A stretch of DNA of 64,000 nucleotides from Octopus sinensis. Taxonomy: Eukaryota. Positions within the stretch are counted from its first letter, which is position 1, and each line of letters opens with the position of its first letter. The stretch covers positions 114,390,001 through 114,454,000 of the forward strand of contig NC_043002.1 in NCBI RefSeq assembly GCF_006345805.1. Direction: 5' to 3'. The notes beneath the pieces are model-generated. The model searched no databases, was not told the DNA's origin, and worked only from the letters and a program-made list of their open reading frames with translations. Shown here piece after piece: positions 53,030 through 64,000 of this stretch. A program made the translations under genes and the position numbers.

Positions 53030-53614
53030 ATATACATATATAAGAAAAGGTATGTGTGTGTGTACATAACCTATGTATTTCTACAGTTTTCAACCGATTT
53101 TCACCAAACTTTACACACATATTACTTATGTGCCAAGAATAGTCATGCACTATAACATTTTGCCCAGAGTTCTCGGTAAAAATGTTGTTTTACATGTTTT
53201 TTTTATTCTGAAACCGTCTGCTGTTTTCAACCGATTCTCTCCCTATTCTCTGTCTGTTATATTTCTCTCTTGTCTCTCTTTTTCTCATTCTCTGTTCCTC
53301 TGGCTTGCACATATTCTCTCTTTGTTATTTGTTAGGTATTTTTATGAGAAGAAGAAGATCGCCCCATGGTATTTTCAGGAGCTCTGAAAATGATGTAGCG
53401 GTGAAGTAAAAAGAAACTACAAATCCTGTTTCGGGCTTCTGCAGTTTTCATTTACTCAATTTAGCTCATACAGCTTCTGTCTATCTGAGTATGTGGAGCA
53501 GTTGGATCGGACGCGGAACCGTATGACTGCAAAGCGAACGTCTTAACTGATTGCCATGGCTGCGCTCACAAATATGGCGTTCAAGCATTTCTCTTGCATA
53601 CGACTGTCCTAACT

Positions 53615-54028
53615 CTTTTACTTTTTTTACTCTTTTACTTGTTTCAGTCATTTGACTGCGACCATGCTGGAGCACCGCCTTTAGTTGAGCAAATCGACCC
53701 CGGGACTTATTCTTTGTAAGCCCAGTACTTATTCTATCGGTCTCTTTTGCCGAACCGCTAAGTAACGGGGACGTAAACACACCAGCATCGGTTGTCAGGC
53801 AATGCTAGGGGGACAAACACAGACACACAAACACATACACACACATACATATATATACATATATACGACAGGCTTCTTTCAGTTTCCGTCTACCAAATCC
53901 ACTCACAAGGCATTGGTCGGCCCGGGGCTATAGCAGAAGACAGTTGCCCAAGATGCCACGCAGTGGGACTGAACCCGGAACCATGTGGTTGGTTAGCAAG
54001 CCACTTACCACACAGCCACTCCTGCGCC
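53615..54028 (-). mobile_element. SINE family A, full length
   Basis: Very close to 19088-19495 and 42605-43020. Confidence 0.95.
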
Positions 54029-54885
54029 TATCTAATAACTTTTTAGATATATGTTAGAAAGTAATGGGTGGAAGAATCTCTTTGTACTTACATTAAGGCT
54101 TTTGAATCGGGATGATCAGATTTACTGTATTAGTTAGTAAAATAAAATACGTTTTTTTAATGGTTTCAAATCTTGCAAATAAGAGAGAGAAAAAAAACCC
54201 TGAATTTTCATCGGAATCGATGTCATTTGAGGTGAGCACAATCGAACTGCTTCAGAGGAGAAGGATTGTTTGCCTTTCGGAGTACAAACGGAAAACTTAA
54301 ATAATTAACTAAAAACACGCTGTGAAAAAGCAGCTCGTTTATTGTGTCACAGTCGAAGTTCTCTCACAAGCAGCTGTTATCATATTAAGTCTGCAGATGA
54401 AGAACAGTCGACGTTTGTTGATAGTGAACGAGGAGAAGTTTAACCAGCTGGTGTCGTATTCAACAAGACCCATCAAACAAAACCAAACAGTTAAAGATTA
54501 TCTGTGTGTTTACGTCTTCCCAAATAGGAGTTTTATCAACACTCAAATAGTTAGAGCAAGAAATAAGAGATAAGAGAGAGACAACTAGTCTGACGTGGAG
54601 TTAGATAGTCAGATAGCGAGATAGGCCAGTCACACTTACGCTGAGATACAAAGATACACGCACGCACGCATGCGCGCTCGCAAGTACGTATTCGTACAAA
54701 CGTTCTATGAACAACATACACATACATATGTATATACTGAAGCAGAAATAGATATATACTAGAAAATTTCAAATAATCATACATACACAACTGCTCTCAC
54801 TATTATGTATGTATTACTAAGAATAGGTAGCTAAATCATGCAGAGACACATGAAAACACTCGCACATGTATAATGACATCTAGTT

Positions 54886-54931
<46 letters not shown>

Positions 54932-54971
54932 TATATGGATATATTAGGCATCTATCTATATACATAATATA

Positions 54972-54972
54972 C

Positions 54973-55058
<86 letters not shown>
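54972..55058. repeat. (TATC)n microsatellite
   Basis: Read directly. Confidence 0.95.
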
Positions 55059-55554
55059 GAATGTGTGTGTACGTATGCGTGTGTGTTTGTGTGTGTGTGT
55101 GTGTATGAGTGTGTGTGTGTGAACATGTATGTAGTATATTCAAATATACACATCCATACATTTGCGTTGCTTTCGGGTTCACACACGAAAAAGTAAAGTT
55201 ATTTAGGGACAAATTAGGGGAGGCTGACAGATAGTAAAAGAGATTACGGAAAGAGAAGTGTGTAGGAGTGCATACATGCGCGCGTAGGTTTGTATGTGTG
55301 TGTATGTGTGAGAGAGAGAGGTGTGTGTGGAATATGTGAGTATAAGAGTTACAAAATTAAATGAATACAGAAATGAACAGTTGTCTAAATGAAAGCTGGA
55401 TATAATCTAAAGGAACGATTAAACAAAAAGCTGAGAAAATATCTGATGTTGAAAGATATAAATAGACAAGCTGGCGTGAATGAAAAGTTCCCTAAGTGTA
55501 TGCACGTAGCTGTCACCTTGCCTGCCAAAAGAAACAAAAAAAAACAAAAAAAAA

Positions 55555-55632
<78 letters not shown>

Positions 55633-56177
55633 TAAAAAAAAAAACTAAAGACAAAACAAAACAAAAAGAAAATGGAAAAAATTTTCCCTTAAGCATGAAT
55701 ATTCAAGTTTCAGTAAAATTAATTCGTAATTCTTTGAAATTATCTCCCCCACCTCTTTTAAGGTTGCTAACGAATGCCACTAAGTATCTGCTTACTTTTC
55801 CCGACTTAATTTCAATTCAAAAAGAATTTTTAGATTCTAAACTACGTTATTCAGTACATTATTGCTAAACTAAATCCAACTTACTTGAATTATGTAAATT
55901 TATGCAATTGTTGTTCTTAAATTACCTGCTTATTGAATTAGCGTTTAAGTGGCTGAGTGTTCCGTAAACAAATGCTGGAACTAGTGTGACACATCGTGTG
56001 ACAAGAACCAATCTTTGGATTTACAGGTGCTATACGGCTTCTATACACTTTCCCAAAACCCAGTATCACGCACTCTCTCTCCCCTTCTCTGTCTCCCTCT
56101 CTCTCTCTCTGTCTCCTCTCTCTCTCTGTCTCCCACTCTCTCTGTCTCCCTCTCTCTCTGTCTCCCCCTCTCCTCTC

Positions 56178-56235
<58 letters not shown>

Positions 56236-57934
56236 GTGTGTGTGTGTGTGTGAAGCAGAACCCACAAAAATGTCCTTTGTCCAAAACGCCAACTACTCGT
56301 TTTGTACCAGAAGAATTGTGTTTACGTAGTGAACATAACCATCTGACAAAACTGCGCTAATACATACATACATACATACATACATACATACATACATACA
56401 TACATAATGACTCTGATGAGTATGACCATCAAATTATCTTATTTTAGATGTTAAAGACAATGCCGGTCAGCAATGCCCGTGCTGAAACCTTAATAACAGC
56501 TTGCACAATATCGCTTTTACTCTTACCTACAAAGGCAAGTAGTCCAGAGACAAGCAAGAACAAAATCTCTGGGTTCACAATGAGGTGGGTTGCTAATTCA
56601 GACTTTGTTTCTCCTAGAAAGATGCCTAAACAAAGACTAGGGATCTTTTACTCACAGCTGTTGGATGGCTGTTGACTTTACTCCGTTCATCCGTCTTTTG
56701 ACAGGTTTTGTTTTTCGACCTACAGTGTCCAACGAAAACCACTCTTCTTATTAAATAGACATGATAAGTTCGACATGATAGGTCGACTTGGCTGCCAATG
56801 GCCCGACCATGCGACAGGTTGTACTAAGTTACATGTTACTAATAGTGCTAAGAGTGATGAAACATAACATACTCACACGAATATATAATTACATAGTGCA
56901 ATTTAAATTCAAATTATATGACAGCACCAGCATTTAAACTCCATATGCATTCTCATCCAGGAGAATCTGTGTATTATGATTCAAGTTTCTTTTCACTGTT
57001 CTTAATAGTTAGAAAGATCCAAGAGTACATATTGAAAAAAAACATAACAGTAGTTATGTTGGGAAAATCAGAGGAGCGGAGGAAGAGTATCATAGTTAAG
57101 CTGCTAACTCTGGTATTATCTGGTACTTGTAGCATGTAAACCAGTACAATCTGCCAAATGGTGGAGCGGATGGTGGCTAAACTAGTTCCCTCGCTTGACA
57201 AGTCAGAATGGGAAGGTTTTGTGGGCACTCTGCAGGATTGAAAACAAACCTTGTCACTGGACGGATGAGCTCCTTGAAAACCAACGGCTATCCACATCTC
57301 CACTGAGATGTCTCAAGGCATCTATCATCTAGTAGCAAAATTTGCCTCTTAGGGAGCCTTATTACGTTGCACTTATAGGATATCCTTTCCTAATGGCCTC
57401 CATGCCTGTAGACTGGCAAAGTTAAGGAAGGGATAATGTTAATAGCTCATCCTGAACTTAATTTTAATCCTTTCATGTGATTGTCCATCAAACAGATAAC
57501 ACCCCGACCCCTCTAGAAGTCCAATAAAGAAACGTAAGTGGCGACGTGGGCAGATGGGAGATGCTACTAGAAGCTCTCAGACATGAATCTACATCATTGC
57601 CTGCAAAGGTGTGATGGTTGCTGTATGTTAGAAGAGCTATAGTCTATTTCAGTCATACTTTTATGTTAAAACAGCCCTATTTAGAGATAGCCTGCTTTCT
57701 TCAATCAAAGAAATTAGAAAAGGTTCTTTGTTAACTGTGGTCGATTGGGCACACATGTTTATGGGGAAGGAAAAGAGATTGGAGAGAGAAAAAACCCCGT
57801 CTGAACTAAACGGTCACCGCCTACCGAAATAACCTTCTTAGCTAATGAGTAAAACCGAGTAATTGTTTTTTGTCAAAAAAGTCAAGAGAGAAGAAAACTC
57901 AAGAGAATAAAGGGTCATCTGGCATAATATAACA

Positions 57935-58900
57935 ACTTAAAGTAAGCACTGCATTATGGAATGTTCGTACATTACAAGATGGTTCAAACAAGCTTGGATG
58001 TCAAACAGCAAAGGTAACCAAAGTACTATCGCAGCTTGATATTGATATTGTAACCTTCAGTAAAGCAAGACAGGCTGATTTGTCTAGTCTTCAGGTAAAT
58101 GACTACTTTTGCTAGAGGATAAGATGTTAGGGTGCTAAAACTCGTGAACATGAGGATCATTTTGCTATCCACAAGATATGGATTTGGCATATTGTAAGAC
58201 TTCTTAGAAGTTTCAGCGCAGGAATCATGTCATATGTCAATCTTGGACGAATGTGACATGCAATGTTAATGTGTATGCGCCAACAGAGGAAGCAGATAGT
58301 TCATTTTCAATGAAAGTTCATTTTCAATGAAAGTTCATTTTCAATGAAAGTTCATTTTCAATGAAAGTTCATTTTCAATGAAAGTTCATTTTCAATGAGC
58401 TCGACCTTGGAAAATGTCTACTGATCGTCTTTTCCTTCTCGTTGACATCAATTCTAGAGATGAGTCAAATTATATTGCATGGAAAAGGATTATAGAAAAT
58501 CATGGTGTGGGGAATAAAATGAGAAGTATACACAGCTTTTGCCACTTGCGCTTCACATAGCCTTGTCATCAATGAACTGTTTTAGCAGAAAAACAAATAC
58601 AAAGCACTATAACAACACCCATACATTAACATACATTAACATGACGGGAAATCAAAGTGACTCGCGCATTTCGTACTCCACTTATTTTGTCAAATTAAAA
58701 ATTGCTGCGGGCAAATTCAAGTTTCAGCAGAAACTACATATAAGTTGAAATCGAAATCGAGACTTAAGCTGAACGTACAAAAATTTAGATATCCTAAGAA
58801 CAAACTAAATGCAGTTTTCAAAAATCTCCAAGATTAGACTAAGTCCTCAACTTATGACCTCTGGTTCAAAATAAGAAGAATTTATACGCCTTAGAAGTGT
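57935..58900 (+). mobile_element. Degenerate RTE-like LINE 5' part (APE endonuclease)
   Basis: LKVSTALWNVRTLQ..; NVYAPTEEAD; many stops. Confidence 0.6.
58299..58398. repeat. 17-bp tandem repeat (gttcattttcaatgaaa) x~5.9
   Basis: Five perfect units plus 15 nt. Confidence 0.95.
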
Positions 58901-59904
58901 GGGATTCAGTAAATGTAAACATCGAGAGAGGTTTGATGAAGATAATTTCCTCATCTGTAGCATATTTGATGGTTATTTCGCAAATCATAAAAGGTAAGTG
59001 CTGCCGTGAAAGAGTAACATTTGTATTATGAATAAATTAGTTCCGGCAGCTTTCAGTGAAACAAATATAATTCATCTCTACAAGGGCAAAGGTAATTTAT
59101 AGTCTGTCATAATCATTGTACGATCCGTTTCTTTGTAATTTGCTCGTAATTTTCAGTGTGGTTTACCAAACAAGAAACAACTAATAGAATTTTCAATCTT
59201 CGTCAGCTTCAGGGAAAGAAAGCAAAACTTTGATTTTTTCATACTTTCGTTGATCTTATCAAAGCGTCTGACAGCGTTAATTTCGTACGGTCCAATATAT
59301 TTATTTCCTCTCGTTCCTTTATTTGGCAAAAGAGTTGACCTCGCCTTTTTAGACGACTTAGCTTAACCATGCATGCCTAGTCTACTAGACAAGTGTCTGG
59401 GTTCCTACCATTGCAATTTGGTGTGAGCATCTTGTGTAGCTTCATAGAAATAAAGCTTTTCTCATTAGGGTATAAAGTTATGGGAAACTTTTACGAAATA
59501 CCTATTGAAGTCTATGGTTAAAGGGGAAATGTTTATCAAAGATAAGAATGTTTACCTTCGTTTATCCAAAGATTGTAGGAGAAAGGCGTGCGAGCTTCGT
59601 ATTTTTCCTGGGCCTATTTTTAGGCCTGGTTTTATTTAGGTCGGACTATATGCTATGTCCTATTTAAAACCAATAACGGCTGTTAAAGTCGGAAGAGAAG
59701 TTAGAGGTCCTATTATGTTCGTCACAAGGTTTATGCATACAATACATACATACATACACACACACACTCACACACACACAAACATACACACACGCACAAA
59801 ATTTATAGCTAACATCAATGTGTTTGTGTCCTTGCGTGTGTGTGTGTATGTATTGTATATAAATATATGCATATACACACAGATGTTTATAGACATGCAT
59901 TTAT

Positions 59905-60148
59905 ATTCCTTTATTCTTTTATTTGTTTCAGTCTTTTGACTGAGGCCATGCTGGAGCACCACCTTTGGTCGAGCAAATCGACCCCAGAACTTATTCTTTG
60001 TAAGTCTAGTACCTATACTATCAGGTTCTTTGGCTTAACCGCTATGTTACGGGGACGCAAACACACCAGCATCGGTTGTCAAACGATGTTGGGGGGACAA
60101 ACACAGATACAGAAACATACACATACGCATGCAAATACATATACATAC

Positions 60149-60230
<82 letters not shown>

Positions 60231-61018
60231 ATATATGTACATATATATATATATCTGTAATATAATATGTGACAATTATTCGGTTAGCATAATCAGACTC
60301 CGAGTTTCGGTTGTCGGGGCGGAAACCTGCTCCGGCATCTCGTCAGTTATCGAGGCAATCAAAATATGCTATGAAAATGACCGTTAAACAAAGGAAAATT
60401 ACTATATAATTGACCGTTATTAAGACAAAAGACCTTAAATAAGGGGAAAAAACCGAAGGGGAAGAAGTAAAAAGTAAAGAAGTAAAAGTGCTCATAGAAA
60501 TCGCGTGTACGCACATGTACATACTTACACATGCGTGCACGCACACCGACGTACATGTGCCTATATGCATATGGTCACTCACATTCACGTGAAACACTCG
60601 CCGCATATACACCCACATATATATGCAGCTATACACATGTACATATACATGTACATATATATATACCCACACACACGCACACAAAAAAGTTCATATACAC
60701 GTCTATATACGTACATGCAGAAGAAAAATGCAGGGTGAAAGGTAAAATACAGAAAAAATGTGTAAAAATATATAAAGCAAGAAAAATACAAAAATATATC
60801 TATAAATATGTAAAAGATATGAAAAAATATATAAAAAGAATATATAAAACATATAGAGAGATAATATGACGGGCTTCTTTCAGTTTCCGTCTACCAAATC
60901 CACTCACAAGGCTTTGGTCAGCCCGAGGCTGTAGTAGAAGACACTTGCCCAAGGTGCCACGCAGTGGGACTGAACCAAAAACCATGTGGTTTACTTACCC
61001 CACAGTTACTCCTGCGCC
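59905..61018 (-). mobile_element. SINE family A split by a PLE-type insertion (5' half 60866-61018, 3' half 59905-60140)
   Basis: The two halves are colinear on the minus strand, and the break lies at the internal microsatellite. Confidence 0.75.
60255..60865 (-). mobile_element. Non-coding PLE-type repeat family F8 with hammerhead at 60291-60351
   Basis: T-rich body, then CTGACGA-(31 nt, imperfect stem II)-GAAA-CTC g GAG-TC-tgatt, a short tail and (TA)n. Confidence 0.65.
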
Positions 61019-61079
61019 TATATAGTTATGTATATCTATCTCTCTCTCTATATATACATATATAAACACATGTATTTAT

Positions 61080-61116
<37 letters not shown>

Positions 61117-61833
61117 TGTGTGTATATACGTGCAATCGCGTTGGATGTAGCGTCACCACCTTACCTATTCATCTTGTCAGCTGCCGGTGAAGTTAAGGCA
61201 TTTTACACTTAGATATATGTATGTATGTATATAATCATACGCACACATACACACGCGCGCGTGAACACACACACACACACACACACACACAAAGCTGGAG
61301 AATTGGATTAGATTATTTAATTATATAAACTGAGACGTGTTTCAGTGAAGATTATGAACCATGTCTCCAGTTTTGTTTCTGTATCTGAACTCGGCGATCT
61401 TTCTAATGATGGAGATCAGTGAAAATATCCTATAATACACGAATTCACTCCGTAGTTTTCTATTTTGGTGTATAAGAATTTCAATCGCACTATGTATGTA
61501 TGTATGTATGTATGTATGTATGTATGTATGTATGTATGTATGTATGTATGTATGTATTTATATTTCTATCTCTATCTGTCAGTCTGTCTGTCTATGTGCA
61601 TATATTTCTCTCACTTTTTCTCTGCCTTTCTATGTGTGTGTGTGTGTGTGTGTGTGTTGTGTGTGTGTGTGTATTGTGTGATCATGTGATCGCCCAGACT
61701 ATCGGATGTTGTTATACATCGTTGGTCACAATGCGATTTGCATCGTTTTACCTTCAGAATGATGTCACACCACTGGCTAGGTATGCAGCTCTATCTCACT
61801 CTCTTTCTCCCCCCCTCTCTCTCTCTCTCTATC

Positions 61834-61865
<32 letters not shown>

Positions 61866-61989
61866 CGGATAGACAGACAGACAGAGACACACACACACAT
61901 GTGTGTTAACATCATGAAGAGATGGTTCCATCCAAGGAAATACTGGTTCAATCCCTAGTATTTTAGGGGAATTAATTTCCCTAAAATAT

Positions 61990-62040
<51 letters not shown>

Positions 62041-62099
62041 ACATAGCTTATATTCTTTTAAAAGAAGAAAAAGAAAATAGAGATTGGAAAGTTAAAAAT

Positions 62100-62436
62100 T
62101 AATCATCTTCCCTTACAGCTGTTTCAATTAATACTTAGTAAATATTAAATTCATATTTATATGACCTGAGCTAATGTCTTCAGAAGAAAAAAATATACCC
62201 TTGGGTGTTTTAGATGTTTTTATGGATTCATTATAGCAGACTGCTAAAATGAATCCATAAAAAATCCAAGGGTATATTTTTTCCTTTAAAGATATTATGC
62301 TATAATGAATCCATAAATGCATCTAAAACATCCAAGAGCATATTTTTCCTCAGGAGATATTATGCTCAGGTTATATAAATATAAATTTAATATTTACTAA
62401 GTATTAATTTAAACAACTGTAAGTGAAGATGGATTA
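62100..62436. mobile_element. Foldback/MITE-like element with ~135-bp imperfect TIRs
   Basis: taatc(c)atcttc..ttacag.tgttt.aattaatacttagtaaatattaaatt..tttatggattcattatagc at both ends; a third partial copy lies in the centre. Confidence 0.75.
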
Positions 62437-62473
62437 CTTTGCTGTTAATAATAAACTATATATATATATATAT

Positions 62474-62943
62474 AATGAAAGAATGGAGTCGAACGAAGTT
62501 GTTAACAAAATTCCTTTACTCTCGACATATAAATAACAACGATAGCCACTGTGCTTTGAACAATTAGCTTTACGTCCACCCCACTACTATAGAGAAATTC
62601 TTTCCTAAACCTTCGAACATTCTTTCAATCAACGTACCCTTCCCTCTCCACTTGTTCCCTACCTATTATTCCTTTATCCCTTCTCTTCCTACTATCTATC
62701 TTTGACGTCAATTCTTCTAACGTTTTTTTTTTAAAAAGCACTCATTATCGCTTTGTTTACCATGTAGGCAATCATCGAAATTTTTGTTTGTCTTGTTGTC
62801 GAGAGAGGCTCCCTTGCTTTCCTGATGAGAAGATTGCATAATCCACCCTTTATTCCTTTGGAATGAAAATATGCTGTCTTCGAAACATATGTTGAGAGTA
62901 AAGGAATTTTGTTAACATCTTCGTTCGACTCCATTCTTTCATT
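62474..62943 (+). mobile_element. PLE-type repeat F6: inverted 57-bp 3'-end copy + truncated body + hammerhead + tail
   Basis: 62474-62530 is the reverse complement of 62887-62943 (2 mismatches in 57). Confidence 0.85.
62812..62904 (+). ncRNA. Type I hammerhead ribozyme (F6), canonical core
   Basis: ccttgctttc-CTGATGA(62822-8)-GAAGA..TCTTC-GAAA(62882-5)-C ATAT G-TT-gagagtaaagg. About 10-bp stem I. The triplet reads GUC in the inverted copy. Confidence 0.85.
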
Positions 62944-62949
62944 TATTCA

Positions 62950-63101
62950 TATACAACACATAAATTTCTGCACATGAACCCGGAGTTTCTACCCTTGACA
63001 AGTCGCTTCAACCGTGTTTCTGACGTGAATTTGCTACCCAGGTTTCGGTTAAATGAATGTTCCATGCTGACGATAAACATAGGATAATTCATTCACCTAC
63101 T

Positions 63102-63105
<4 letters not shown>
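62950..63105 (-). mobile_element. Truncated PLE-type fragment with 3' half of a hammerhead (F7)
   Basis: ggtgaatgaat..attcatttaacc-GAAAC-ctgg-GTA-gcaaat. The CUGANGA core is missing next to (TA)n. Confidence 0.4.
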
Positions 63106-63172
<67 letters not shown>

Positions 63173-63175
<3 letters not shown>

Positions 63176-64000
63176 GGAGTAAACACATAAATGTGAAACA
63201 AGGTGGAAAAAAGAGTACTCAAATACCAGTGGTAGAGTAATATGCTTTATTTTAAGCAGCAGAAAATTCAACAAAATCTGTTACTCTGAGTTTCTCGTTG
63301 CCGTTCATCAGACAGTTTTTGCTAGAATGGAACTTATATATTAATTCAATCTATACTCTTACAAACGCTACACCTTTAAAAAGAAATGGACTTGTTTGAT
63401 TGGCCCTTTAGAAAAAACGGTCAATCTTCGAGCGATAAACAAAAAGGTCAAAAATATATGTATATATATATAAAAAAACTTATAAAAATTATAAAATCCG
63501 AGGAAAAAACCGAGGAAAAAACCTATTGCCGTTAATGAAGACAGTGCAAATTAATGCATAGAAATTAAACCTGTTATAAATACTGCAATACATATTTATA
63601 TTAAAATCTACATATATATATCAACATACACAAAAGGATGCGCGTAAACGCCATACATACATATACAGACGTATGAATATGAATCTAAATATACACATAA
63701 AAGCATGTGTACATATATTCACGCAAACCGTCTCGCACGCAAGCTAAAATTCATCTATGTAGCAATTCTCATATACTGAGCAAGGAGGGGGAACGAAAGA
63801 AAGGGAAAGAGAGAAAAAGGAACGAAGGAGGGGTGGGGAAAAAACTTGTAACGATGTTATTGGCATCTATAGAGACTAGTATACATACACAAGTTTGAAT
63901 TGATACATATACATACCGTCGTGTATATGAGTGCTTAAGCACAAACATACTTTCACTTACACATACACAGATACGCATGCTTACAAATACATATGCTTTG
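63173..64000 (-). mobile_element. PLE-type repeat F3 copy b (runs off the right edge), hammerhead at 63273-63320
   Basis: Colinear with 19514-20320 and identical across the HHR. Has ~70 nt more tail before (TA)n. Confidence 0.85.

Noticed and set aside
52990-53400. Possible Helitron/Helentron-like non-autonomous element (caaccgattttcaccaaacttt; hairpin ttttcag/ctgaaaa)
   Set aside because: Resemblance from memory only; termini could not be defined.
56405-56495. CTGATGA with a distant GAAAC
   Set aside because: No stem II closing pair, stem III or stem I. The same applies to CTGA(N)GA hits near 9038, 32867, 33157, 50366 and 59200.
58299-58398. CRISPR-like palindromic repeat
   Set aside because: Units are directly adjacent with no spacers, in a eukaryotic context with no cas genes.

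Overview
AT-rich, repeat-dominated eukaryotic DNA. It is most likely an octopus (coleoid cephalopod) intronic or intergenic region; this rests on my recall of the SINE families, not on a search. I recognise no host protein-coding gene, only a few weak splice-signal exon candidates. The window contains about 35 tRNA-derived SINE copies from at least 4 families, degenerate CR1/Jockey-group, RTE and Tx1-like LINE fragments, a decayed Tc1 (IR/DR) transposon, a Merlin-like MITE with internal telomeric repeats, a foldback element and many microsatellites. The main signal not explained by the ORF track is a dense set of Penelope-like element (PLE) pieces. There are 4 GIY-YIG endonuclease remnants and 11 type I hammerhead ribozyme (HHR) motifs, read by eye (intact, degenerate or partial), from about 9 sequence families. 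Most HHR elements are non-coding and end in (TA)n. Several have an inverted copy of their own 3' end that starts in or near the ribozyme. One appears to have carried a SINE along as 3' cargo, one has a tRNA-like head, and one sits inside a SINE's internal microsatellite. Structures were deduced by manual pairing and none has been tested.
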